Below are positions 1-14,181 of a stretch of 64,000 bases of DNA, piece by piece. Source of the DNA: Lobosporangium transversale (lineage: Eukaryota); contig NW_019029020.1 in assembly GCF_002105155.1 (NCBI RefSeq), forward strand, positions 186,001 to 250,000. The letters are read 5' to 3'. The number at the start of each line of letters is the position of its first letter. Positions within the stretch are counted from its first letter, which is position 1. The position numbers and the translations under genes were made by a program. A model generated the notes under the pieces. It made no database searches and had not been told where the DNA came from. It saw only the letters and a program-made list of their open reading frames with translations.

Positions 1-3335
<3,335 letters not shown>

Positions 3336-4885
3336 TGTTGCTGGGAAAGATATCAGACAATGAAAATATAAAAGAAAAAGGTGTGGACAGCTCTTTCACA
3401 CGAAGAAAGTAAGAAAGATACAGTTGAAAGAGGTGAGGATAGAATAAAGTAAAGTAAAATAAGAGAGCAGTTTTTCTGGATGAGACAAGCAATGAGTAGC
3501 TAACTAGGAAAGGAATAAATAAATAACAACAATAAAAAGGTAGTGCTCAGCTGAAACTTTGGACAGTCAAAAAAAGAGACAATGAGAAGGGGGAAGAATG
3601 GAAAAAAAGAAAAAGAAATGAGGAATGATGAGAAGAGGATGAAGGAGAGGAAAGGAGGAGGAGAAGAGAAAGAGAAAGAGAAAGAGAAAGAGCTCACACT
3701 CTGTCTTTGCTATAGTTTTTTTTTTTTTTTTTTTTTCCTCTCACAAACTTGTAACAAGTAACAAAGTACGCCTTGTGTTTGTCTGTGTTTGTGTTAATGA
3801 ATAAAGTGTCTTTCTCCCACAGGGGAACTTTAAAAAAATGTCTCCTGGACTAATAATCCAACTACTGTTCACAACAAATTAGTCCATTGTCTGTGGGTTC
3901 TCTCTATTCTAATCCTAATCCAAATCCTAATCAACCCAAACACGAATGAATGTGCCCCTGTTGTTTGACACTGTATTGACGTCCTTTTTTTTTTCCTTAC
4001 TCTCTTTCAATTACCACCCCATTTTTTTTTGTCCCTCAGCTCCTGCATGCTGACACGAGCCACAGAAAAAAAAAAATTCGAGTTCAGTGGACTGTTCTGG
4101 ATTTAATTACATGATGCATGTTGAATGAAGATGAAAATCTTCTCTTCCCTTTGTAGAGTTGGAGTAGAAGAGTTGGAGTATAAAAAAATAAACACCACGC
4201 TCTTGTAAAATAAAACCTGGCTCTTATTTTGTTTCTTTGTCATATTCATCTTATTTCTTTCTTTCTTTAGCTCTTATCATTGTTTTAAATGCTTCTTTCT
4301 TCTCAATCTTGCGAATCTGTATTGTCTTAAAAGGGACATTTAGGCTACTGGAGTCCTCATCTGATGACCCTCCCCCTCTCTCCTTTTTTTAATTTTTTTT
4401 TCTTACACAAAATGAAGTGGCATGGTCTATCTGCAACGGTGGTATTATTTCCTGACAAAAGGTGTAACATTGAAAATTGCGCACAGATGGTCTATCCAAA
4501 AGGAGATTAATAATGATTTGGATGCAGATGTTACAGAATACAACAGTCGGCTCCTACAAACATGAACATTCAACATCATGAATAACTGTAACATGATCTG
4601 CTCAAATCTGTACATTAACTTGAATTGATCACTTTTTTTTCATTCATTTGGCTGATAGGCTGATAGGCTGATAGGCTGTTTGTCAAAAAAATAAATAAAT
4701 AAAAATAATAATATTCCTGGCAATATTTATTTATGTAAATACATATATAATTATCAAGAACTACCAATCCCATATCAGCACAAAGAAATTGAGTTGCAAA
4801 AAAAAAAATAAACTCATTCATTTGTTGGGCACATGGCTAAATTTTATCATTGTTTTCATTCTTTGCCAGACTTTCAATGATCATC

Positions 4886-6553
4886 CTAGGCTCCAGTCTT
4901 CAACAGCGACTCACTTTCATCTCTCAAGTACTTGGAGCCTTGATACTCTTTACATCCTCTATATCCCCATATCACCTCTCGAGCTGGGTCTCCCGGCAAG
5001 GCCTTTCCATCACCAACTGCCATCCAAGGGTGAGGCCCTACCAGCCGATAAAACATTGGAAAAGGGGGACCAAAGATTGCCTCTATCTTCAAACGTGTCC
5101 CTTCTACCAGTCCAAACCGCCTCACGAGCTTTGAATAGCTTGGATAGCACCCAATGCGTTTAGCCAGTTTATCCATATAGGGATATGAATCAAATTGGAT
5201 CATATGGTTAGCTCCCCACTCCTTTTGAGTCTCTCTCTGTTCCTTGACGATTTCTTCCTCCATTTGATCTGGACTAGGGATAGGTGTGAGTGAACGGTCT
5301 GCCCAGACTTGACACACAAATCGGCTCTGCATCTCGAGCACTGGAGCAAATGCGCCTTTAGGTCGGATGAGGCCAATGAATGCAATGTTGGGATGTCGAG
5401 GAGAAAACATAAACTTCCATAATTGGGCCTGGTTGTCCCCATTCCCACCACTGCTACTTGAAAGGATCTCTGGATCCAAGGTTGGGTAGCTGACCTGATA
5501 GCCTGTACACCACATGATCGTATCGATATCCTCCAAAGATGAGCCATCCTCAAACTCCACTCGCTTTCCTGGTCCAATTCGCTTAATATTGACCTTTGGC
5601 ACAACCATACCAGTGTTGGTCCGCTCATGCAGCGAAGCACTAATGACTGTATTGGTCATAAATACTCTATGCTTTGGTTTCATCAATGGGTGCAGTTTAG
5701 GGAATGTCAATTTGATCAAAAACATTAAGGTCCATTGAACAAGGATCGCGGGAAGCATGTATATAAATCGAGTAATGAAATGATCCATAGGTTTGCCTAG
5801 TAGCCAACGAGGAAGTATCCAGACAGGAGTTCTCCGCGACAAGTATACCGGTGATTGACCCTGTGATAATTCAACTGCTAGATCTGCCCCACTATTGCCA
5901 AGTCCAACCACGAGTACATTCTGCTCTTTAAATTGATTAGGCTCTCGATAGAAATGTGAGTGGATCTGCTGTCCTGTGAAGGCATCGAGGTCATCAGGAT
6001 CCATTCCAGGAAAGGATGGATACCGAGGGACTGAGTGGTGACCAGTACACATCATTACATAATCAAAGATCTCTTCTTGGACCACAAAATCTGCAGAAGT
6101 GGTCGCAGTGGTCGTTACTGGATGGAATCGTACGAGCCAGCGGTTACCTTCATCCTTTAGCTCTTGGACCTCGACCACTTTGGTGCTGAAACGGATATGA
6201 TCCTTCAATTTATATCGCTCGGCATACATATCGAAATATTGGACAATCTTTCTGTGGTGAAGGTAGGTTGGCCAACTGCCAGGGATGGCAAAGTCGGAGA
6301 AGGTCATCATTTCTTTGGATACATTGATGGTAATGCTCTTGTAGACGGACGAATGAGGATTGGGATTCTCCTCTGTCACATCAACATACCGCCATAATCC
6401 ACCAGTGTATGGCTCCTGCTCGAATGCAACCACCTCTAGACGATCCTTTTCATCCAAACATTGCTTGATAGAGGTGAGTCCAGCACATCCACCTCCTATG
6501 ACTGCAACTCGTTTTCTAGGCTTAGTGTCATTTGGCTTGGCTAAATCCGCCAT
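4886..6553 (-). CDS. Flavin-containing monooxygenase (FMO-like), copy 1, intronless, 555 aa
   Basis: FAD motif GGGCAG, GGLW, FMO fingerprint FTGQQIHSHFY, NADPH motif GLGNSG, CTGY. Confidence 0.95.
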   Translation of the reverse strand: MADLAKPNDTKPRKRVAVIGGGCAGLTSIKQCLDEKDRLEVVAFEQEPYTGGLWRYVDVTEENPNPHSSVYKSITINVSKEMMTFSDFAIPGSWPTYLHHRKIVQYFDMYAERYKLKDHIRFSTKVVEVQELKDEGNRWLVRFHPVTTTATTSADFVVQEEIFDYVMMCTGHHSVPRYPSFPGMDPDDLDAFTGQQIHSHFYREPNQFKEQNVLVVGLGNSGADLAVELSQGQSPVYLSRRTPVWILPRWLLGKPMDHFITRFIYMLPAILVQWTLMFLIKLTFPKLHPLMKPKHRVFMTNTVISASLHERTNTGMVVPKVNIKRIGPGKRVEFEDGSSLEDIDTIMWCTGYQVSYPTLDPEILSSSSGGNGDNQAQLWKFMFSPRHPNIAFIGLIRPKGAFAPVLEMQSRFVCQVWADRSLTPIPSPDQMEEEIVKEQRETQKEWGANHMIQFDSYPYMDKLAKRIGCYPSYSKLVRRFGLVEGTRLKIEAIFGPPFPMFYRLVGPHPWMAVGDGKALPGDPAREVIWGYRGCKEYQGSKYLRDESESLLKTGA

Positions 6554-7017
6554 ATAGGTAAACTAGTGTTCAAGGCCTTCAATGGCAAAAGATACAGAAA
6601 GGAAAGCGAAAGGATATTAAAGAAAAAAAATATGAAGTGAAGATGCTGGAATAAGCATCAACCTTTTTTTTATTTTTATTTTAAAGGGTTCGAGGCCATT
6701 GCCGAAAAAGAAAAGTGGCATATATCGCAGGGTCAAAAAGGAAGAAATGCGCTAGAGACACAGGACATCAAAGATCAAGTTTAGCTTATTGCTTCATGCT
6801 GGTAGCCTGAAGTTAGCCTAATTGCAGTATCAAGAGAAACCATTACAACAGATGACAAGGGAGTATCACATTTATATAGGATTGGAAAGATATAATCATG
6901 TGACAATTTTCTTGACCTGTCATCTTCCCTCAACTGAATGACTGAATCTAAACCTCTTGCCATTAAAGCTTTTTTTTAGATTTTAACTTTCAACAACCAA
7001 TTCAATTACCCTCCAGA

Positions 7018-8778
7018 ATGATGCCATCAACGAATCCACCCATGACTGCAGGAGAATTCCTAGAGGAATACATTGAGAGTAAGTAAGCCTCTCACATACA
7101 CACAACTCATCACAAAGTGCTGCGCTAAGGAAATACTGCAACAAAGTATCTGCTCTATCTGCTTCGCCTGTCTTACTTGCCTTTTTTGTTCAACTAAGCC
7201 ACATGATCCTTTTCTTTTTTTTTTATACATTTGTAACTTGGTATCCAAAGGTCTCGAGAACTTACCATCCGAGGTCCAGCAAGGTTTACAAGAATTAGGA
7301 AAGCAAGATGCGGAATACTTCGGTACACTATTTATTATTATTACTGTTTTTCTTTAAGAGGATGGGCCTCGAGGGGTCTTAGTTTTTGAGGATTTATTTG
7401 CTAATATTATTGTTACTGTTGCTATTGTCACCCTACAAAATTAGAACTTCGAGAGTCATATCGTACACACTGGAAAAGATACATTAAAAGCGCTAAACGA
7501 TCAACCATACCTGTCAGTGAGGATCCTGCCCTAGTTGCTGCACGTTTGAACATTGAGGTTAGGATTAATTACTGTTCAGAGAATCTTTGTATTTTTGAGT
7601 ATCAATCTAGTTTATCAATCAAAAACATCCTTCATGAAAAATATAGAAAGAATATATGGCAGCTATCCGGAAAGTCGACCAGAAGATTGAAAATAGCGCA
7701 AAGCTATATGAACTGGTAAGGATCAACTGGCAAAATAAAATAAAATAAAATAAAATAAAATAAAATATACTAAATAACCTTGTTCGATATACTAACTCTT
7801 TTTTTTTTTTTTTTTTTTTAATGTAAATATGCTTTTTGATTAGATCAATCGACAAATTGTACGACTGGATGAAGAAACACAACGACTTGGCATTGATCTT
7901 CAGGATCCTGGCGAAGTGAAGAAAGGTATTTTTACTCCCACCTTTCTACCTCTTTTTTTTTTTTTTTTTTTTTTTTATTGGAAGTTTCATATTTATTTCA
8001 TCTGTCCTATTTCTCTGAAATCGTCTTCTTCTGTTGATGATCTATACAACATGAAGCAGCCCACTTGGACACTCCTACAGCCACCAGAGGTATATTAATC
8101 ACAAATCTTGAATAAGATATAAAAAAATCAATGACGAAGACATCCTAGAAGTGTATTGTATTTCTTGTGGTGTCTCTCGTCTTCAAATGTCATTTTGAAA
8201 GGGAAAATATGTCTAACCAGCGCTTTTTCCTCCACCTCCTCTCATTTCTCATTTCTCCTTTCATCTTTTATTTTATTTTATTTTATTTTATTTTTTTTAT
8301 TTCACATCTTTTTTCTCCTTCACCTTCTCTCCTTGCTTGTTGCTCCCCATTCTGAAATGGAAACAAAAAAAACCCCTTTTTTCGAGTAGACCGTAAAAGT
8401 CAAAAGGGACCTATTTCAGCACCCCGCAGCAGCCCCAGCGGGAGGAAGCGTGGAAGTGGTGCCATTGCAATGGATATTGATCCCAATGAACCCCTCTATT
8501 GCTTCTGCCAACAAGTTTCGTTCGGAGACATGGTCGGATGCGACAACGACTCGGTTAGTAAAAAGATTTTGATCTGCGCGTATACGTATCGTTGTTGCTG
8601 CTAAAGAGCCTACCTAGTTAATAACTACCTTTTTTTTTTTTATTTATTTTTTTTTTGAACCAATTAGTGTGACAAGGAGTGGTTTCATTACGGTTGTGTG
8701 GGCTTGACAGAGCCGCCAATCGGCAAGTGGTACTGCGCCACTTGTTCAGCGAACATGAAAAACCAGAATCGCAAGTAG
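7018..8778 (+). CDS. ING-family (inhibitor of growth) PHD-finger chromatin reader, about 223 aa
   Basis: Not in the ORF track as a unit. Exons 7018-7078, 7251-7322, 7445-7557, 7647-7715, 7844-7925, 8390-8553, 8668-8778 join in frame. N-terminal [17 protein letters not shown] and PHD finger [47 protein letters not shown]. Confidence 0.93.
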
Positions 8779-9061
8779 AAAGAGGTTTTCCTTTCTCAAT
8801 TGCTGCAGATCTTTATCACATCATTTGTACAATAATAAATAAATAAATAAATAAAATACTTTAGATATTGGATATTGGCGATGCAAAGGTTGTCTGTGAA
8901 TCGCCTCTTTCTCATCCTTAAGCACGAATCAGATCTGTGTCCCTGATAGGGACTGTTGAGGAGGCCATTGATTTGTCATTTCGATCTTGTAATAGTTTAA
9001 TATTTATTTTACATCTATTGTTATAAGATCAAACCCTTGATACTCTACGGTTATCTTTGGC

Positions 9062-10723
9062 TCAGGTCTTCAACAGCGACTCACTCTCGTCTCTCAAGTA
9101 CTTGGAGCCTTGATACTCTTTACATCCTCTATATCCCCATATCACCTCTCGAGCTGGGTCTCCCGGCAAGGCCTTTCCATCACCAACTGCCATCCAAGGG
9201 TGAGGCCCTACCAGCCGATAAAACATTGGAAAAGGGGGACCAAAGATTGCCTCTATCTTCAAACGTGTCCCTTCTACCAGTCCAAACCGCCTCACGAGCT
9301 TTGAATAGCTTGGATAGCACCCAATGCGTTTAGCCAGTTTATCCATATAGGGATATGAATCAAATTGGATCATATGGTTAGCTCCCCACTCCTTTTGAGT
9401 CTCTCTCTGTTCCTTGACGATTTCTTCCTCCATTTGATCTGGACTAGGGATAGGTGTGAGTGAACGGTCTGCCCAGACTTGACACACAAATCGGCTCTGC
9501 ATCTCGAGCACTGGAGCAAATGCGCCTTTAGGTCGGATGAGGCCAATGAATGCAATGTTGGGATGTCGAGGAGAAAACATAAACTTCCATAATTGGGCCT
9601 GGTTGTCCCCATTCCCACCACTGCTACTTGAAAGGATCTCTGGATCCAAGGTTGGGTAGCTGACCTGATAGCCTGTACACCACATGATCGTATCGATATC
9701 CTCCAAAGATGAGCCATCCTCAAACTCCACTCGCTTTCCTGGTCCAATTCGCTTAATATTGACCTTTGGCACAACCATACCAGTGTTGGTCCGCTCATGC
9801 AGCGAAGCACTAATGACTGTATTGGTCATAAATACTCTATGCTTTGGTTTCATCAATGGGTGCAGTTTAGGGAATGTCAATTTGATCAAAGACATTAAGG
9901 TCCATTGAACAAGGATCGCGGGAAGCATGTATATAAATCGAGTAATGAAATGATCCATAGGTTTGCCTAGTAGCCAACGAGGAAGTATCCAGACAGGAGT
10001 TCTCCGCGACAAGTATACCGGTGATTGACCCTGTGATAATTCAACTGCTAGATCTGCCCCACTATTGCCAAGTCCAACCACGAGTACATTCTGCTCTTTA
10101 AATTGATTAGGCTCTCGATAGAAATGTGAGTGGATCTGCTGTCCTGTGAAGGCATCGAGGTCATCAGGATCCATTCCAGGAAAGGATGGATACCGAGGGA
10201 CTGAGTGGTGACCAGTACACATCATTACATAATCAAAGATCTCTTCTTGGACCACAAAATCTGCAGAAGTGGTCGCAGTGGTCGTTACTGGATGGAATCG
10301 TACGAGCCAGCGGTTACCTTCATCCTTTAGCTCTTGGACCTCGACCACTTTGGTGCTGAAACGGATATGATCCTTCAATTTATATCGCTCGGCATACATA
10401 TCGAAATATTGGACAATCTTTCTGTGGTGAAGGTAGGTTGGCCAACTGCCAGGGATGGCAAAGTCGGAGAAGGTCATCATTTCTTTGGATACATTGATGG
10501 TAATGCTCTTGTAGACGGACGAATGAGGATTGGGATTCTCCTCTGTCACATCAACATACCGCCATAATCCACCAGTGTATGGCTCCTGCTCGAATGCAAC
10601 CACCTCTAGACGATCCTTTTCATCCAAACATTGCTTGATAGAGGTGAGTCCAGCACATCCACCTCCTATGACTGCAACTCGTTTTCTAGGCTTAGTATCA
10701 GTTGGCTTGGTTAAAGCTGCCAT
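9062..10723 (-). CDS. Flavin-containing monooxygenase (FMO-like), copy 2, intronless, 553 aa
   Basis: Same motifs as copy 1; direct repeat of it at offset 4170. Confidence 0.95.
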   Translation of the reverse strand: MAALTKPTDTKPRKRVAVIGGGCAGLTSIKQCLDEKDRLEVVAFEQEPYTGGLWRYVDVTEENPNPHSSVYKSITINVSKEMMTFSDFAIPGSWPTYLHHRKIVQYFDMYAERYKLKDHIRFSTKVVEVQELKDEGNRWLVRFHPVTTTATTSADFVVQEEIFDYVMMCTGHHSVPRYPSFPGMDPDDLDAFTGQQIHSHFYREPNQFKEQNVLVVGLGNSGADLAVELSQGQSPVYLSRRTPVWILPRWLLGKPMDHFITRFIYMLPAILVQWTLMSLIKLTFPKLHPLMKPKHRVFMTNTVISASLHERTNTGMVVPKVNIKRIGPGKRVEFEDGSSLEDIDTIMWCTGYQVSYPTLDPEILSSSSGGNGDNQAQLWKFMFSPRHPNIAFIGLIRPKGAFAPVLEMQSRFVCQVWADRSLTPIPSPDQMEEEIVKEQRETQKEWGANHMIQFDSYPYMDKLAKRIGCYPSYSKLVRRFGLVEGTRLKIEAIFGPPFPMFYRLVGPHPWMAVGDGKALPGDPAREVIWGYRGCKEYQGSKYLRDESESLLKT

Positions 10724-10873
10724 ATAGGTAAACTAATGCGTCACGGTTCTGAATGGCAATTGCTGCAGGAGGGGAAAATGATATGAAAAAAAAAAAAACC
10801 ATGGGCCCTTTTTATTTTATTTCGGGTCAACAATAAACCTTATTTATGAGCATTTTGGTCTATTATTTACAGA

Positions 10874-11450
10874 GTGCTAATGGGACTAGATTTCAGTCCA
10901 TTCACTCTTCTTACAGGCAAAACATACTCCATGAACTACTCTGAAGACTACTATATAAAAGAATTGCGAGGAAAGCCAAAAGGGGTTAGACGAGTTCTTA
11001 TAGAAAGGAAACTTTGGAGAAAGGATCTTAAGATGATATGTGCGAGCTGCAAGGTTCGTGATTATTCTAATAATCAAAGCTCATGTTGTTGTACACGCAT
11101 TTTGGAGCTACAAGAGGATTTTATGGCACAGCGATTACTTCTAGAGGAGATTGCAGGCAAACATGAGCAGCAAATCATTTTCTATCCAAAGTACCACTGC
11201 GAACTGAACTTCATCGAGATGTTCTGGGGTGCAAGCAAGCGCTATACTAGAGCAAACTGTGATTATACTTTCAAAGGTCTGCAAGAAACAATACCAAAGG
11301 CATTGGCTTCTGTAACTATACTTAGTATTCGAAAGTATGCAAGGAGGAGTTTCCGATACATGGACGCATATAGGAAGAATATGTCTGGCCAACGTTGCCG
11401 AGCTGCAAGTGAAAAATTATAAATCTCATGGCGCATTCCAGCCAATTGGG
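10874..11450 (+). mobile_element. Degenerate DDE transposase fragment (IS630/Tc1-mariner-related), C-terminal part only
   Basis: Motifs KPKGVRRVLIER, CC..ILELQEDF and FYPKYHCELNFIEMFWGASKRY...RYMDAYR. The expected tail (V.NYKSH-RRIP-like) continues only across frameshifts after about 11385. Confidence 0.75.
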
Positions 11451-12059
11451 ATTTGAGGACAGAATAGACTACCCTTAATATCGTTTTGATGTCATCTCAA
11501 TTAAAGTTTCAGCCAATTATAATTTAAGATTTTTTGGTGCAATTTTTCCCTCACATAGTAAAATAGTCCATCTTTTTTCTTTATGAACTTGGAAAGAAAA
11601 AGTCATACCGATAAAAACCCATCGTAACTTTGTAGAGAATTGGCAAACGAATAACATTGCGATGAGTTTCCTTGTCTAGCTTTCATGGAGAGTGAGAACA
11701 TACATTTCCCTCGTGGCCTATTATTTTCCCTAAAAAAGTGTGTGACTAGGAGGAATACACTGTACTCACTGCACCTAGATCCTTACAAGGTGTTGCTGAC
11801 TTCAGCGGTCTATCTTCATAAATTCTTTCATTCGATCATAACAATTTTTTTTTTTTTTTTTTTTTTTTTTTGACAAAATGTCAAAGATCAAGTTAGGGGT
11901 TTTTTTTGACCGTTATGCCAAGCCGATTCATTAGCAGTATCAAAAGCCAGCTTGAATGCATGGCGGTATAAATGATTTGGTACACTTATGTGAGCCAAGC
12001 ATGGGGTTAATACATTCTGCGTTTCTGCGTTATCCAGCAAAATGGAGCATGATCACGCG

Positions 12060-12091
<32 letters not shown>

Positions 12092-12429
12092 CACTTGCAC
12101 GCAAACAGACACGCGTCGCCATGGACCATTTTATGAAAGGGAGAATGGCTTTATTGCATTATATCTATTGTCCATTTTTTGCTTGCTGCAAGCTTACCAC
12201 GAGTGGTGAAATGCCACTATAGCATTCGAAATACTGACATGTTGAGTTGTTAACAGACCATTTAACTGCTAAAAATAGTTACCACAGTAAATCTGCTAAC
12301 CTAACTACAACAACTAAAGCAGCAGTTCCGTATGTTTCACAGATGGCAAGATCGCTGTTGCTAGCGTATCCTGCGGACATAAAGAGCTTTTTGATGGGTC
12401 TAAATGCTCATCCAATATATCATTTGAAT

Positions 12430-13070
12430 TGGAACTAGGGCCATGAAGCAAAAGGGTATTTCGTTCCAATCGACGGAAAAAAATAACCATCATTTTTAAC
12501 ATGCTAATTAGTAACTCGCGAATACTCGTTATATCTAAAGGAAAACCTTGAGAGTCTCTCACGGCGAAGCATGATAAAATTGCCTTTTACGTGGTCTAGT
12601 GAGATTACTTGAAGGGATCGAGCTTGGAGCTGAAGGCTCAAACTTTCAAGATAGTACCTCACTGTTAAGAGTTCTTTAGGGCAGTTTTTCATTGGCTCCG
12701 CCGATTTCAGAGTACCCAGTATTATCGTTATCAATTGGGGCCACCTCGATCCCACCTATCTCCAAGCCGCAGTTCTTTGAAATAAACAATCCATCAACTC
12801 GCCTTCCCATCCGCTTTTTTGTCAGATTTTTACAATAAGAGCTAGCCTTGGTTTATTCGCTCACCGTGGCCTAGCTCTATATCGGTATGATTGAGGACGT
12901 AGTCATCAGCTAATGGTTTCCAGAGGTGTAACTCATACCACCACTCGGTCTGCTCTTTTCCTAATCCATTGTAGTGTCGTCACTTTAATAGCTCTGCGAA
13001 CGTATTGGTGGCTTTATAGATCCATCTCCTGTAACAAAGGGCTTTCCAAAGCTCGCTTTCTTCAACTTGA
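12430..13070 (-). pseudogene. Disrupted gene with a PD-(D/E)xK/restriction-endonuclease-like motif set
   Basis: Manual minus-strand translation: IYKATNTFAELLK*RHYNGLGKEQTEWWYELHLWKPLADDYVLNHTDIELGHGERI(frameshift)KASSYCKNLTKKRMGRRVDGLFISKNCGLEIGGIEVA(frameshift)LKSAEPMK...LQVISLD. One in-frame stop and at least two frameshifts. Confidence 0.55.
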
Positions 13071-13442
13071 TTCCTATTATCAGAGCCGTTTGTCATCAGC
13101 CGATTGAACTGCGTAATTGTGTATTTAACTCGTTACTCTTCTAATATTCGAACCTCTACTCACCGAAAGATTAGGAGCACTACCTAGCGAAGAAATGGAG
13201 TGCTTATGGTTCCGTTACTAACTAGGTCTAAAGGCACCTCCTATGAAGATGATAGTCAAAGGCAATTCCTTAAAGAAGGGCGCAGAAGTAAAAAAAAAAA
13301 AAAAAAAAAAATGCTTTCAAAGTCTTTCTCTTTAGGTAAGGATCTGCAATTGAAAAGGACAAACCCAAAAGAGCAAACAACACAGATCTTCTGTATAAGA
13401 AATCTGATCCCAACGCGCTTCTTATCCTTTGATCTAAATTTT

Positions 13443-14181
13443 CATGGACAGAAGAATGGTATTACTCGAGCATATGAAAACTATGATCCTTTCACTTATA
13501 AATTTGTGAAAGAAGGGGCTGTTCTCCCCCAATCATTATTATATCGAGCGCTTCGCAGAGCTAACGCGAGAACCCCTCAAAGCCCTCGCTGCTGCCATCA
13601 TGGGTTTAAACTTCTTGGGTTGCATTTGGGATGTCATATGCGCAAGGCACTTCCCACAAGTTTTTTTTTTTCGGCACCATATTCCAGGAAGCTGGTGCGG
13701 TTCGTATGGTGGCAACGTGCGCTGCCAAAATATCTATGAATGCTAACAACACCATATCCTAGCAATGTGAGCCTGCAATCAATCATTTTTTTTTTTTTTT
13801 TTGTTCAGAACATTTTTTAGGCCAGTATGGAGACTCAGGAACATACCTCTAACAAAAATGTAATCATGGAGGTAGAAAAGAATAAAGATAAACACTTGTA
13901 TATCTTTAGTCTAGGTAGAAGGCGAAAGTTGGGAAATACACAGAGGATTAGAGGCTATTTAAAGATTAATGTTGCTGTTTTTTTTTTTTTTTTTTTTTTT
14001 GTTTGCATCTTCAGCATACAAATCGAGCAGGTCAGAACACCAGCTTGCCTCTGCGCACCATAATTGTGGCCTCATATGGGTGACAAGGAGCCAATAACCG
14101 GTTGTTCTCTTCTCGTAGGAAGTACAGAGTTGATGAAAGCTAAATGGGCAAATTTGCCCGTTCTACGGTCCAAGGGATAAA
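13443..14181 (+). repeat. Dispersed repeat, copy A (degenerate; C2H2-finger-like coding remnant)
   Basis: Collinear blocks shared with 47439-48153, e.g. catttgggatgtcatatgcgcaaggcacttcccac vs catttgagatgacatatgcgcaaggcacatcccac; ggtggcaacgtgc; gcaaatttgcccgtt....gggataaa. Confidence 0.85.

Noticed and set aside
8146..8156. TAG|AA|GTGTAT as another 2-nt exon in the ING intron
   Set aside because: Inclusion would break the frame and the donor is weak.
13200..13739. 179-aa ORF as a functional gene
   Set aside because: It runs through a poly-A tract and the dispersed repeat, and the second copy has a stop and frameshifts; treated as a relic.
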